Shown: positions 49,239-59,255, numbered from the stretch's first letter. The stretch is DNA of 62,503 nt from Candidatus Deferrimicrobiaceae bacterium (GCA_035256765.1 DATEXR010000017.1:1-62503), one strand, 5' to 3'. The notes: generated by a model not told the origin, from the sequence alone. Translations and numbers: made by a program.

Positions 49239-51866
49239 TTACCCCGCTTTTCGAAAGGAAAAACCGGTTTCCCCGTCCGCGTCCACCAGGACGGAATCCC
49301 CTTCGCGGAATTCCCCCTTGAGGATGTGGAGCGCGAGGGGGTCCTGGAGGTGCTTCTGGATGGCCCGGCGAAGCGGTCTTGCCCCGTAGGCGGGGTCGTA
49401 CCCGATCTCCGCAAGCCTTTCCCGGGCGGCGTCGGTCACGGTGACCGCGATCTTCCTGTCCGCAAGCCGGTCGTTCACCTCCCGGAGCATGATCCCGATG
49501 ATCCTTGCCAGTTCCTCCTTCCCGAGGGACCGGAACAGGATGATCTCGTCGAGACGGTTCAGGAACTCGGGGCGGAATTGCCGGCGGAGCTCCTCCATGA
49601 CCTTCTCCCGGACGGCCTTTTCTCCCTTGCCGGAGAGTTCCTGGATCCAGGAGGAGCCGATGTTGGAGGTAAGGATCACAACGGCGTTCCGGAAATCGAC
49701 GGTCCTTCCCTTCCCGTCGGTCAGCCGCCCGTCCTCGAGGATCTGCAGGAGGATGTGGAAGACGTCGGGGTGCGCCTTCTCCACCTCGTCGAACAGGATC
49801 ACCGTGTACGGTTTCCGTCGCACCGCCTCGGTCAGCGCACCCCCCTCCTCGTACCCCACGTACCCGGGGGGAGCCCCGATCATCCGCGCCACGGAGTGTC
49901 TCTCCATGTACTCGGACATGTCGAGGCGCACCATCGCCTGCTCGTCGTCGAAGAGAAACTGGGCCAGGGCCCGCGCCAGCTCCGTCTTCCCGACGCCGGT
50001 GGGCCCCATGAACAGGAAGGAACCGATGGGGCGGCGGGGGTCCTTCAACCCCGACCGGGCGCGGCGGACGGCGCTCGCGACGAGCCGGATGGCGTCGTCC
50101 TGGCCCACCACCCGCTCGCCGAGCCGCTCCTCCATCCGGACGAGCTTCTCGATCTCCCCCTCGACCAGCCTCGAGACCGGGATCCCGGTCCAGCGGGAGA
50201 CGACCTGGGCGATGTCCTCCTCATCCACCTCTTCCTTGAGGAGACGACCCCCGGGTTGGGTGATGTGCGGGGACACTCCTCTCCCGTGTCCCGGAGATAT
50301 ATCCGGAATGTCCCCCCTTAGCGCCTCCGCTTCTTTCTGCAGGGCGGGGATTTCGCCGTATTTCAGCTTCGAGGCCTTCCCGAGATCCCCCTCCCGCTCG
50401 GCCCGCTGCATCTCGGAGAGGGCCCGCTCGATCTTCTCCTTGACCTCGCGGCTCTTCCCGATCGCCTTCTTCTCCTCCTCCCACCGGGAGCGGTACTCCG
50501 CCGCCTTCCCCGAAAGCGCCGCCAGCTCCTCCTGGATGCGGGTGAGGCGCTGCCCCGAGGCGGCGTCGGTCTCCTTCGACAGGGCCTGCTTCTCCATCTC
50601 GAGCTGGATGATCTTCCGTTCGACCTCGTCGATCTCGGTGGGAACGGAGTCGATCTCGATCTTGAGCTTCGACGCGGCCTCGTCCACCAGGTCGATCGCC
50701 TTGTCGGGGAGAAACCGGTCGGAAATGTACCGGTTCGACAGGGTGGCGGCGGCGACAAGGGCCGAATCCTTGATTCGGACGCCGTGGTGCACCTCGTACC
50801 GGCCTTTGAGCCCCCGCAGGATCGCGATCGTGTCCTCGACCGACGGCTCCTCCACGAGAACGGGCTGGAAGCGCCTCTCCAGCGCGGCGTCCTTTTCCAC
50901 GTATTTGCGGTACTCGTCCAGGGTGGTCGCCCCGATGCAGCGCAGTTCGCCCCGGGCGAGGGCCGGTTTGAGCATGTTGGATGCGTCCATCGCCCCTTCG
51001 GCCTTGCCGATCCCCACGAGCGTGTGCAGCTCGTCGATGAAGAGGATCACCCGCCCCTCCGCGGCGGCGATCTCCGCAAGGACCGCCTTGAGCCGCTCCT
51101 CGAATTCGCCGCGGTACTTCGCGCCGGCGATCAGCGCCCCCATGTCCAGGGCGAGAACCCGCTTGTCCCGGAGACTTTCGGGGACGTCCCGGGTGACCAT
51201 CCGCTGCGCCAGTCCCTCGGCGATCGCCGTCTTCCCGACGCCCGGATCCCCGATCAGGACGGGGTTGTTCTTCGTCCGCCGGGAGAGGACCTGGATCACC
51301 CTCCGGATCTCGTCGTCCCTGCCGATGACGGGATCGAGCTTCTCCCGGCGGGCCAGTTCGGTCAGGTCCCGGCAATATCTGTCGAGCGCCTGGTACTTCG
51401 CCTCGGGGTTTTCATCCGTGATCCGCTGCGTCCCCCGGATGGAGGTAAGCGCCGACAGGAGACTTTCCCGCGTCACGCCGTGCCGACGGAGCAGATCCGC
51501 GAGGGCCCCCGGTTCGACGGTCATGGCGAGGAGGAAGTGTTCGGCGGAGAGGTACTCGTCCCGGAAGGCGTCCGCCTCGGCGAGCGCCCGGTTGAAAAGG
51601 GGTTCCATCCGCGGGGAGAGCCCGCGGCTCACGGCTCCCGACACCTTGGGGAAGGAACCGAGCAGGGAGGTCGCCCCGGACAGAAGACGCGGGACCGGCA
51701 CGCCCGCGCGGGCGAAAAGGTCCGTCGCCACCCCCCCCTCCTGGCGGAGCAGGGCGACGAAGAGATGTTCCGGCTCCACCTGGGCGTGGCCCGCCTCCGA
51801 GGCGATGCGGACGGCGTCCTGCAGAGCCTCCTGCGACTTCACGGTCAACTTGTCCAGAGATATCAT
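49239..51866 (-). CDS. clpB: ATP-dependent chaperone ClpB (carries an extra ~16 codons between the M-domain and NBD2)
   Basis: 875 aa with two AAA+ modules ([16 protein letters not shown]), a long coiled-coil M-domain and SRWTGIPV. There is no obvious Shine-Dalgarno sequence before the ATG. Confidence 0.95.
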   Translation of the reverse strand: MISLDKLTVKSQEALQDAVRIASEAGHAQVEPEHLFVALLRQEGGVATDLFARAGVPVPRLLSGATSLLGSFPKVSGAVSRGLSPRMEPLFNRALAEADAFRDEYLSAEHFLLAMTVEPGALADLLRRHGVTRESLLSALTSIRGTQRITDENPEAKYQALDRYCRDLTELARREKLDPVIGRDDEIRRVIQVLSRRTKNNPVLIGDPGVGKTAIAEGLAQRMVTRDVPESLRDKRVLALDMGALIAGAKYRGEFEERLKAVLAEIAAAEGRVILFIDELHTLVGIGKAEGAMDASNMLKPALARGELRCIGATTLDEYRKYVEKDAALERRFQPVLVEEPSVEDTIAILRGLKGRYEVHHGVRIKDSALVAAATLSNRYISDRFLPDKAIDLVDEAASKLKIEIDSVPTEIDEVERKIIQLEMEKQALSKETDAASGQRLTRIQEELAALSGKAAEYRSRWEEEKKAIGKSREVKEKIERALSEMQRAEREGDLGKASKLKYGEIPALQKEAEALRGDIPDISPGHGRGVSPHITQPGGRLLKEEVDEEDIAQVVSRWTGIPVSRLVEGEIEKLVRMEERLGERVVGQDDAIRLVASAVRRARSGLKDPRRPIGSFLFMGPTGVGKTELARALAQFLFDDEQAMVRLDMSEYMERHSVARMIGAPPGYVGYEEGGALTEAVRRKPYTVILFDEVEKAHPDVFHILLQILEDGRLTDGKGRTVDFRNAVVILTSNIGSSWIQELSGKGEKAVREKVMEELRRQFRPEFLNRLDEIILFRSLGKEELARIIGIMLREVNDRLADRKIAVTVTDAARERLAEIGYDPAYGARPLRRAIQKHLQDPLALHILKGEFREGDSVLVDADGETGFSFRKAG
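50269..50317. repeat. intragenic copy of the GGGGACACTCCT / GGAGTGTCCCC palindromic element (10/12 arm match)
   Basis: GGGGACACTCCT (50269-50280), a 24-nt spacer containing CCGGA-GATATA-TCCGG, then cGGAaTGTCCCCCC (50304-50317). Read on the coding strand it encodes [18 protein letters not shown] of ClpB. Confidence 0.75.
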
Positions 51867-51907
51867 CGGATATTCTTACAGCTCGATGAGGGGGGCTTTC
51901 TTGCAAC

Positions 51908-51955
51908 GGGGGGACACTCCTCAACATGAAACTCGAGATAGGAGTGTCCCCCCCC
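51908..51955. repeat. perfect 14-bp inverted repeat GGGGGGACACTCCT-N18-AGGAGTGTCCCCCC between degP and clpB
   Basis: Left arm 51908-51921 and right arm 51940-53 (C-run to 51955). It lies 42-89 nt upstream of the clpB ATG and about 36 nt after the degP stop. Confidence 0.9.
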
Positions 51956-51990
51956 AGCCTCCCTCTCAGGGAAGTGTTTCCCTGACGAAG

Positions 51991-53463
51991 TTACCGGTTC
52001 TTCACCGCGAGGAAGATCCGCCCCTCCCCCCGCTCCACGAGGAACAGGACGGTCTTCTCCTCCTTCACCTTCTTCATCCGTTGTTCGAACTCCTTGGAGT
52101 CCTTGACGGAGATCCGGTTGATCGCCCGGATGACGTCCCCCTCGCGGAAGCCCGCGTCTTCCGCCGGGCTGCCGGACTCGACCGACGAGACCAGCACCCC
52201 TTTCCGGTTCTCGATGTCGAGGTGCCTCGCCACCTCCGGCGTGATGTCCTGGACGGTGAGCCCCAGGCCTTTCGAGAGGTCCGGCCCACCGGCGCGCGTC
52301 TGCCCGCTTTCCGGCTCCATCTCCGCGATGGTCACGGGGATTTTTCCTTCCTTGCCGTCGCGGATCACGGTCACCTCCACATTCTTGCCGGGTTTCGTGG
52401 AGGCGACGATCTGGGGAAGATCGTGCTCGTCCGACACGTCCTTCCCGTCGAAGGAGACGATCACGTCCCCGGACCTAAGCCCCGCCTTCTCCGCCGGGCC
52501 GCCCTTGGTGACGTCCGCCACCAAGGCGCCCTTCTTCCCCGGTACGGAAAGCGTCTCCGCCATGTCCGGCGTCAGACGCTGGATGTAGACGCCGAGCCAG
52601 CCGCGGGTGACCTTCCCCTTCTCCTTGAGCTGGCCGAGGACGGACTTTGCCAGGTGGATGGGGGTCGCGAAACCGATCCCCTGGCCGCCCTGGACGATCG
52701 CCGTGTTGATCCCGACGACCTCACCCTTCATGTTGAACAGGGGACCGCCCGAGTTTCCGGGGTTGATCGACGCGTCGGTCTGGATGAAATCGTCGTACGG
52801 CCCGGAACCGATCACCCGTCCCTTGGCGCTCACGATCCCCGTCGTGACGGTGTGCCCGAGGCCGAACGGATTCCCGATGGCCACGACCCATTCCCCGATC
52901 TCCAGCTTCTCCGAATCCCCGAGGGGCACGAACGGAAGCTTCTTCCCCGTCTTGATCTTGATGAGGGCAATGTCGGTCTTCGGGTCGGTGCCGACCACCT
53001 CCGCCCGGAATTCCTCCTTGTCCAGCAACGTCACCGTGATCTCGTCGGCCTTCTCGACCACGTGGTTGTTGGTGAGGATGAACCCGTCATCGGAGACGAT
53101 GAACCCGGACCCCAGGCTCCTGCGCTTCTGCTCCCGGGGGATGTTCCCGAAGAAGTTGTGGAAGAATTCCTCGAACGGGTCCTGCTGGCCGAAGGGGGAG
53201 CGCAAGCGCGGCCGGTTGAACCGCACCACCTGCGTCGTGCTGATGTTCACGACCGCCGGCGAAACCCCTTTCGCGAGGGTGGGAATGCTCTCGATCGGAA
53301 GCACTCTGTCCGGCGCGACGGCTCCGACCTCGCTCCCCTTTTCCTTCTCGCCCGACCCCAAGAAGGCGTTGGTCAGGGGAGACAGGTTCAATCCCGCCGA
53401 CAGGACCACTCCCGCGGCCACCGCCGCGAGCAAGAGAACGACGACCTTGCCTTTTCCGATCAC
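51991..53463 (-). CDS. periplasmic serine endoprotease DegP/HtrA (2 PDZ domains)
   Basis: GTG 53461-53463 overlaps the upstream stop (GTGA). The catalytic residues lie in NNHVV, DIALIK and GNSGGPL, followed by two PDZ-like segments. Confidence 0.9.
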   Translation of the reverse strand: MIGKGKVVVLLLAAVAAGVVLSAGLNLSPLTNAFLGSGEKEKGSEVGAVAPDRVLPIESIPTLAKGVSPAVVNISTTQVVRFNRPRLRSPFGQQDPFEEFFHNFFGNIPREQKRRSLGSGFIVSDDGFILTNNHVVEKADEITVTLLDKEEFRAEVVGTDPKTDIALIKIKTGKKLPFVPLGDSEKLEIGEWVVAIGNPFGLGHTVTTGIVSAKGRVIGSGPYDDFIQTDASINPGNSGGPLFNMKGEVVGINTAIVQGGQGIGFATPIHLAKSVLGQLKEKGKVTRGWLGVYIQRLTPDMAETLSVPGKKGALVADVTKGGPAEKAGLRSGDVIVSFDGKDVSDEHDLPQIVASTKPGKNVEVTVIRDGKEGKIPVTIAEMEPESGQTRAGGPDLSKGLGLTVQDITPEVARHLDIENRKGVLVSSVESGSPAEDAGFREGDVIRAINRISVKDSKEFEQRMKKVKEEKTVLFLVERGEGRIFLAVKNR

Positions 53464-53930
53464 TTGATCTCCCCTCCCGGGCCCTGGCCCGCCTTCGGCG
53501 CGGAAACCCCCGCCTTGACGGCCGCCACGTACACCATCCGGAGGTGATAGAGCCCCTCCGAAAGAACACCCGACTCCTCCTCCGTGAGGTTCCCCTTGGT
53601 CTTCTCCTTGAGGATTTCGAGGAGGTCGATCGAGTCCTTGGCCGCCGGGAGGTTCACCGGGGACCTCCGGCCGTCGCCGGCCTGGACCATCCCCAGGTTG
53701 ACCATCGCCCCCATCTGGACCGACAGCACGAGATCGAGGAACGACGGCCCTCCCACGGGCGATGTTTCGCCCCCAGGGCTTTTTCCTCCATGGACACTCC
53801 CCGGGGCCGTGCGGTTCCCGGCATCGCCTTGCGGCGGCGGAGGAGGTGCGGACTCCTCTGGCCTGGTCTCCTCCTTCTCCACGCCCCGCCGGTCGACGAC
53901 CTTGAATCCCTTTTTCTCCTCTTCGGACAT
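53460..53930 (-). CDS. DUF1844-domain protein
   Basis: 156 aa with [17 protein letters not shown]...[20 protein letters not shown]...LYHLRMVYV. Confidence 0.8.
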   Translation of the reverse strand: MSEEEKKGFKVVDRRGVEKEETRPEESAPPPPPQGDAGNRTAPGSVHGGKSPGGETSPVGGPSFLDLVLSVQMGAMVNLGMVQAGDGRRSPVNLPAAKDSIDLLEILKEKTKGNLTEEESGVLSEGLYHLRMVYVAAVKAGVSAPKAGQGPGGEIK

Positions 53931-56206
53931 CAGATGGGCACCCCCTGCGCGATGACGACCACCTCCCCGCCTTCCTCATCGACATCGACGAAGAAGCGAT
54001 CGGACTCCTTCCACTTGAGCGTGATCGGCATTTTCACCTTCTCGTCGATGTGCCGCTTGAGGAAACGGGCCCCGTACTTCACGCTGAACCCAGTCGATGA
54101 GAGGGCGGTGAGGGAGGCGTCGGAGAAGGTAAGCGTCTTGCCCGAGGCCGCCATCGACTTCCGGATCGACCCGAGGTAGATCGCCGCGATCCGCTTCACC
54201 TCGTCGAACGTGAGCGGGGAGAAGACGATGACGTCGTCGAGACGGTTGATGAATTCCGGGGTGAACCGGTTCTCGACCGCCTTGATGATGCTTTTTTTCA
54301 CCGGATCGAAATTTTCGGTGCCGGCAGCGAAGCCCAGGGGGCGGGTCAGTTTCGAAAGCTCTTCCGCGCCCAGATTGCTCGTCATGATGATGATCGCGTC
54401 CGAGAAGTACACCTTCTTCCCGCGCCCGTCGGTCAGCCACCCCTCGTCGAAGACCTGGAGGAAGAGATTGTGCACGTAGGAGTCCGCCTTCTCGATCTCG
54501 TCGAGAAGGACGACCGTATAGGGATTGTCCCGCATCTGGTTGGTCAGGATCCCCCCCCTCTCGGAGCCGACGATGCCGCGCGGCATCCCGATGAGCTTGT
54601 CCACGGCGAGGGCCCCGTCCCGGTATTCCGACATGTCCACCCGGACCATGTGGCGCTCGTCCCCGAAGAGGTATTCCGCGAGCGCCTTCGCCATCTCCGT
54701 TTTTCCGACGCCCGTGGGCCCGAGGAACAGCAGAACGCCGTCCGGACGGAAGATGTTCTCCTTCAAGGGCCCCTTGTTCATCCGAAGCGATTTCCCCACG
54801 GCCCGGATCGCCTCGTGCTGACCGACGAGCCTCCGCGAAATCTTCTCCTCGAAATCCTGGAACCGGTCGAGAACGTCGCGGCGCACGATGTCCGGGGGGG
54901 TCTTCGTCTCCTCGGAGATCACCCCGAGGACGTCCTGGCTCCTCACGGATTTCCCCTCGTCCCCGCGGATCTCGACCCGGACGCACGCCGTGTCGATCCA
55001 GTTGATGATCTTGTCGGGCAAACGCAGCGACCGCGCGTACCGGTCGGACATGGAAAGGGCGAACTCGATCGCCTCGTCCGCGATCTCCACGCCGTAATTG
55101 GTCTCCAGCCTGGCTTTCAGCCCGAACAGGATCTCCCGCGTCTCCTCTTTCGTCGGCTCTTCGATCTTTACGACCCGGAACCGGCGCGCGAGCGCCTCGT
55201 CCTCCTGGATGATCTCCTTGAACTCGGTGAAGGTGGTGGCCCCGATGATCTGGACCTCCCCCCGCGCGAGCGTCGACTTGAAGATGTTCGCGGCGTCGGA
55301 GGGGACGCCCATCGCGGAGCCGGCCCCGATCAGGGTGTGGGCCTCGTCGATGAACAGGATCAGGTTCCGGCGCTCCCGGACCTCGGCGATGACCTTCTCG
55401 ATGCGGTCCTCGAACATGCCTCGGAAGACCGTGCCCGCCACCACCGTGTTCATCTGCAGGTTGACGACCTGGTGGGCCCGCAGGCGTTCCGGGACCCTGT
55501 GCGGCTCGTATTCCAGCCGCATCGCGAGCCCCTCCACCACCGCGGTCTTCCCGACACCGGGGTCCCCGATGATCATCACCGAGTTGCTCCGGTCCTTGTG
55601 GCAGAGATATTCGATGATCCGGTCGATCTCCCGGTCCCGCCCCACGATCGGCGGGATCTTTCCCTCCCGCGCGAGAAGATTCAGGTTCACCCCGAACGTC
55701 CGCAGGTTGGCGGGCAGCTCGTACCGCTTGCGGAACTCCTCGACCTTCTCCTCCCGGCTGCGCAGCTGGGTCGAAAAGCGGGAAAGAGCGACGGCGGGGT
55801 CCACCCCGTAGTTCTTGAGGATCCGGGACGGGATCGAATGGACCTCGTGGAAGATCCCGAGGAAAAGATCCGCGGCGTCGATCTGGGACCGGCGGTTTCT
55901 CTGCGCCGTCTCCCAGGCCACCCGGAAGACCTGCTTCGTCGCCGGCGGGACCTTGAGCCCCACGCCGAGGTACTGCCGGGAGATGTTCAAGTGCTCGTTC
56001 ACCGAGTAGAGCACCGCTTCGACGGAAAGCCCCACGGACGCCATGAGCTCCCGGAACGTCGACTTCTCCTGTTCGGCGAACGCGATGAACAGGTGCTCGA
56101 GGCCGAGGTAATAGTGGTGCCGGCGCTGGGACTCCTCGATGGAGGCGTTCAGCATCCGCTGACCGGACTCGGAGAGCTTCTCCCGGTAGAACGAGATCTC
56201 CATCAT
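53930..56206 (-). CDS. ClpA/ClpC-type AAA+ unfoldase (two NBDs, ClpP-docking LGF loop)
   Basis: 758 aa with Clp_N repeats, GDPGVGKT and GPTGVGKT, and no long M-domain. RPLGFAAG aligns with the ClpA IGL / ClpC IGF loop. Confidence 0.88.
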   Translation of the reverse strand: MMEISFYREKLSESGQRMLNASIEESQRRHHYYLGLEHLFIAFAEQEKSTFRELMASVGLSVEAVLYSVNEHLNISRQYLGVGLKVPPATKQVFRVAWETAQRNRRSQIDAADLFLGIFHEVHSIPSRILKNYGVDPAVALSRFSTQLRSREEKVEEFRKRYELPANLRTFGVNLNLLAREGKIPPIVGRDREIDRIIEYLCHKDRSNSVMIIGDPGVGKTAVVEGLAMRLEYEPHRVPERLRAHQVVNLQMNTVVAGTVFRGMFEDRIEKVIAEVRERRNLILFIDEAHTLIGAGSAMGVPSDAANIFKSTLARGEVQIIGATTFTEFKEIIQEDEALARRFRVVKIEEPTKEETREILFGLKARLETNYGVEIADEAIEFALSMSDRYARSLRLPDKIINWIDTACVRVEIRGDEGKSVRSQDVLGVISEETKTPPDIVRRDVLDRFQDFEEKISRRLVGQHEAIRAVGKSLRMNKGPLKENIFRPDGVLLFLGPTGVGKTEMAKALAEYLFGDERHMVRVDMSEYRDGALAVDKLIGMPRGIVGSERGGILTNQMRDNPYTVVLLDEIEKADSYVHNLFLQVFDEGWLTDGRGKKVYFSDAIIIMTSNLGAEELSKLTRPLGFAAGTENFDPVKKSIIKAVENRFTPEFINRLDDVIVFSPLTFDEVKRIAAIYLGSIRKSMAASGKTLTFSDASLTALSSTGFSVKYGARFLKRHIDEKVKMPITLKWKESDRFFVDVDEEGGEVVVIAQGVPI

Positions 56207-56249
56207 GATAAGGTCAACGCTCCTTTCCCGCCTTCCGGCGACCCGTCCA

Positions 56250-57101
56250 TCAGGCGGCCACCCGCATCGCTCGCAGCCTTTCCACCCTCTTCTCCACGGG
56301 GGGGTGGGTACTGAACAGCGACATCATCCCCCTCCCGGACAGAGGGCTCAGAATGAACATGTGGGCAGTCGCCGGCGAGGCCTCCATGGGGACCCGCTTT
56401 GACGCCTCTGCGATCTTCTCCAGCGCGCGGGCGAGCGATTCGGGTCGCCCGCAGAACCTCGCGCCGCTCGCGTCGGCCTGGTACTCCCGCGATCGGGAGA
56501 CCGCCATCTGGACGAGCATCGCGCCGATCGGGGCGAGGATCGCCATCACGATGAGCCCCAGTCCTCCGCCTCCCCCCTCCCGGTCCCTTTCTCCGCCCCC
56601 GAAAATCGCGGCGAACTGGGCGAACCGCGCCAGCATCATGACGGCCCCCGCCAGCGTTGCGGCGATCGTCCCGATGAGGATGTCCCGGTTCTTCACGTGG
56701 CCCATCTCGTGGGCGAGCACCCCTTCCAGTTCGTCCGGGGTGAGAATCTTCATGATTCCCTGCGTCACGGCAACGGCGGCGTGCTGCGGATTTCTGCCCG
56801 TGGCGAAGGCGTTGGCCGAATCGGAGGGGAGGATGTAGACCTTCGGCATCGGAAGGGAAGCCGCCGTCGCGAGCCTGTGCACCATGGCGTGAAGCTGCGG
56901 GGCCTCGGCCTCGGAAACCTCCTGTGCGCGGTACATTCGGAGCACGATCTTGTCGGAAAACCAGTAGGCCCCTGCGTTCATGAGGACGGCAAAGCCGAAC
57001 GCCATGACCATGCCGCTTTGACCGCCCGCGTAATTCCCGATCCCGACGAATAAAACGGTGAGCAGCGCGAGAAGCACCCCGGTTTTCAATGTATTGCCCA
57101 T
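56250..57101 (-). CDS. htpX: zinc metalloprotease HtpX (M48)
   Basis: 283 aa with TM helices and the HEMGH motif. Confidence 0.93.
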   Translation of the reverse strand: MGNTLKTGVLLALLTVLFVGIGNYAGGQSGMVMAFGFAVLMNAGAYWFSDKIVLRMYRAQEVSEAEAPQLHAMVHRLATAASLPMPKVYILPSDSANAFATGRNPQHAAVAVTQGIMKILTPDELEGVLAHEMGHVKNRDILIGTIAATLAGAVMMLARFAQFAAIFGGGERDREGGGGGLGLIVMAILAPIGAMLVQMAVSRSREYQADASGARFCGRPESLARALEKIAEASKRVPMEASPATAHMFILSPLSGRGMMSLFSTHPPVEKRVERLRAMRVAA

Positions 57102-57142
57102 GCGAATTCTCCCTCTCCTCTCCTGCGTATTGATTCCATTAT

Positions 57143-57158
57143 AGCCAAATCAGTTCCA
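57143..57158 (-). promoter_or_regulatory. candidate sigma54 (-24/-12) promoter upstream of htpX
   Basis: The minus strand reads cTGGAAC-TGAT-TTGGCT. GG and GC have the correct 10-nt spacing against the consensus TGGCACG-N4-TTGCW. It overlaps the dnaJ stop, about 45 nt upstream of the htpX ATG. Confidence 0.4.
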
Positions 57159-58142
57159 GCCGCCTCGTAAATTCGGATCCTCAAATGCGGCAAGCCGATC
57201 GACCAGGGAGAGAAACTCCTTCGATTGCTCTTTCGGGACGGCCACTTGCAACACCACATACTGGTCGCCCCGTGAACCGCCTCCCGGCGTCGGCACGCCC
57301 CTTCCCTTGAGCCTGAGTTTCCTGCCGCTCGACGAGCCCTCCGGAACCGAAACCGTCACAGGACCGTCGATCGTGGGCACCGATATCCTCGCCCCTTTCA
57401 CCGCCTCGGAATAGGTGACGGGCAAGTCGAGGAAGATGTCGCTTCCCTCCCTGCGGAAGTACGGGTGGGGAATCATGCGGAGACGGATGATGAGGTCCCC
57501 GCTTTTTCCCGAAGCGGTTCGTTCTCCCCCTTTCCCTCCCACGCGGATGGTGGACCCGTCCCGCGCCCCCGCGGGAATCCGGACCTTGATCCGTTCGGCA
57601 TGTTCCGTCACGCCGGCCCCGCCGCACTGCGGACACCCCCGCCGTCCCGCCCGGCCGGATCCCCGGCACCCCGCACACGCCTTGGGCCGCTGGTACTGAA
57701 GATCCCTCACGGCCCCCCTGGCCATGTCGAGGAAATCGACCGGAAGGTCCATCGTGAGGTCGACCCCGCGCCCGCCGGCCTGCGCGAACCGCCCTCCCTG
57801 CAACAGGTCTCCGAATATGTCCCCGAGGTCGAACGCCTCCCCCTGGGGATACCCCCCGGGGTCGAAACCGGAACCGCCCGCCCAATGGAACGGTCCTCCC
57901 TCCCGGAATCCCCCGGTGAAGACCCCTTTCCGTACCGCGTCGTATTCCTCCCGTTTCTTCCTGTCGGAAAGGACCCCGTTCGCCTCGTTGATCTCCTTGA
58001 AACGGCTTTCCGCCGCTTTGTCCCCTGGGTTCACATCGGGATGGTACTTCTTCGCCAGCCGTCGGAACGCCTTCCGGATCTCGTCGCCGGTGGCGTTTTC
58101 CGACACACCCAACACTTCGTAGTAGTTCTTCCTGGGATCCAT
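57150..58142 (-). CDS. dnaJ: DnaJ-class co-chaperone with a half-size zinc-finger region
   Basis: Start at [36 protein letters not shown] (J domain with HPD), then a G/F region. Only two CxxCxGxG repeats ([16 protein letters not shown]) instead of four. Confidence 0.85.
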   Translation of the reverse strand: MDPRKNYYEVLGVSENATGDEIRKAFRRLAKKYHPDVNPGDKAAESRFKEINEANGVLSDRKKREEYDAVRKGVFTGGFREGGPFHWAGGSGFDPGGYPQGEAFDLGDIFGDLLQGGRFAQAGGRGVDLTMDLPVDFLDMARGAVRDLQYQRPKACAGCRGSGRAGRRGCPQCGGAGVTEHAERIKVRIPAGARDGSTIRVGGKGGERTASGKSGDLIIRLRMIPHPYFRREGSDIFLDLPVTYSEAVKGARISVPTIDGPVTVSVPEGSSSGRKLRLKGRGVPTPGGGSRGDQYVVLQVAVPKEQSKEFLSLVDRLAAFEDPNLRGGWN

Positions 58143-58214
58143 CCCCGGTACAGCCGCCCTCCCCGGGAAAAATACCGGGGAGCCACGCTGCCCCCCGGAG
58201 CCCGGAAACCGCAT

Positions 58215-58670
58215 TTATTCTATAACATTCACCTTGATCTGCTTCGGCTTGGCCTGTTCCTTCTTGGGAAGTTTCACCTCGAGAACGCCGTCCTTGAACT
58301 TGGCCGTCACCTTCTCCTGATCGACGGACACCGGAAGCGAGAAGGATCGCTGGAAGTTCCCGTACGACCGCTCGATCCGGTGGTAGCTCTCCTCCTTGAC
58401 CTCCCTCTCGAACTTGCGCTCCCCGCGAAGCGACAGGATCCCGTCCTTCACCTCCACCGAGATCTGGTCCTTCTCCACGCCGGGAAGTTCCGCCTTGACC
58501 ACGACGGAATCGTTGTTCTCGTAGATGTCCACGGCCGGTGTCCACATTCCCGTCCGGATCCCCTCGTCTCTCCCTCGGGAACGGGAAAGCGCATCCTCGA
58601 AAATCTGGTTCATCCTTTCCTGGATGGTCGACAAATCGCGAAACGGGTCCAGCCAGCGTACGATCGCCAT
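58215..58670 (-). CDS. Hsp20/alpha-crystallin small heat-shock protein
   Basis: Start at MAIVRWLDPFRDL. Alpha-crystallin core AELPGVEKDQISVEVKDGILSLRGER. Confidence 0.92.
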   Translation of the reverse strand: MAIVRWLDPFRDLSTIQERMNQIFEDALSRSRGRDEGIRTGMWTPAVDIYENNDSVVVKAELPGVEKDQISVEVKDGILSLRGERKFEREVKEESYHRIERSYGNFQRSFSLPVSVDQEKVTAKFKDGVLEVKLPKKEQAKPKQIKVNVIE

Positions 58671-58740
58671 GGTTCTCCTCCTCGTACCCCCCCCGGCCCC
58701 GATCGCGGGGCCCGGGGGGCAATGATGGATGATCGTTTCG

Positions 58741-59190
58741 TTACACCGCAATCTTGATCTGCTTCGGCTTCGCCTGCTCCTTCTTCGGCAGGTCCACCTG
58801 CAGGACACCGTCCTTCATCCGGGCGGTGACCTTCTCCCCGTCAACCGAGGAGGGCAACGTGAAGGAGCGATGGAAGGTACCGTACAACCGTTCGATCCGG
58901 TGGTAGCTTTCCTCCTTTACCTCCTTCTCGATCTTTCGCTCCCCTCGCAGCGTGAGGACGCCATCCTTGACCTCGACGCCGATGGCTTCCTTGTCCATGC
59001 CGGGAAGCTCCGCCCGGACGCAGATCGCGTCCTTGGTTTCATAGATGTCCACGGCCGGCATCCAAACGCCGGTTCCCAGTGCTTCCTCGCGGCCATGACC
59101 GCTTTCCAGGAAGTTTCCGAAAAGCTGATTCATCCGGTCCTGAAGGGTTGTGATGTCCCGGAACGGATCCGTCCAACGAATAAGTGCCAT
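58741..59190 (-). CDS. Hsp20/alpha-crystallin small heat-shock protein (tandem paralogue)
   Basis: Start at MALIRWTDPFRDI. AELPGMDKEAIGVEVKDGVLTLRGER. It shares the C-terminal LPKKEQAKPKQIK with its neighbour. Confidence 0.92.
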   Translation of the reverse strand: MALIRWTDPFRDITTLQDRMNQLFGNFLESGHGREEALGTGVWMPAVDIYETKDAICVRAELPGMDKEAIGVEVKDGVLTLRGERKIEKEVKEESYHRIERLYGTFHRSFTLPSSVDGEKVTARMKDGVLQVDLPKKEQAKPKQIKIAV

Positions 59191-59255
59191 GATGTGTCCT
59201 CCTTTCCTCCGGCTCTGACACGAAGCCGGAATGTGTGCATGGGTTGTCCCGAAAT

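Noticed and set aside
51867-51907. A sigma54 or sigma70 promoter between the palindrome and the clpB ATG.
   Set aside because: There is no GG dinucleotide on the coding strand, so no -24 element fits. TTGCAA and TAAGAAT are 22 nt apart, too far for a sigma70 pair. The promoter is left unresolved rather than called.
51908-51955. A possible HrcA CIRCE or HspR HAIR operator upstream of clpB.
   Set aside because: CIRCE is TTAGCACTC-N9-GAGTGCTAA and HAIR is CTTGAGT-N7-ACTCAAG. Here only the CACTC/GAGTG core is shared, the flanks are G/C runs, and the core spacing is about 22 nt.
49441-53547. A 1368-aa plus-strand ORF, the longest in the track.
   Set aside because: It lies antisense to clpB and degP. 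It is Ser/Arg/Pro-rich with no recognisable motifs, whereas the minus strand encodes textbook ClpB and HtrA. This is a shadow ORF typical of high-GC DNA.
53789-53803. Isolated partial motif matches: GGACACTCCCCGGGG in the DUF1844 gene, GAGGAGTGTCTC at 19624, CGGAGTGTCTC at 49883, AGGAGTGTGTCC at 24195 and GGGGTGTCCCCC at 2638.
   Set aside because: These are single half-sites with mismatches, with no partner arm within 30 nt, and they lie inside conserved coding sequence. They are consistent with chance.
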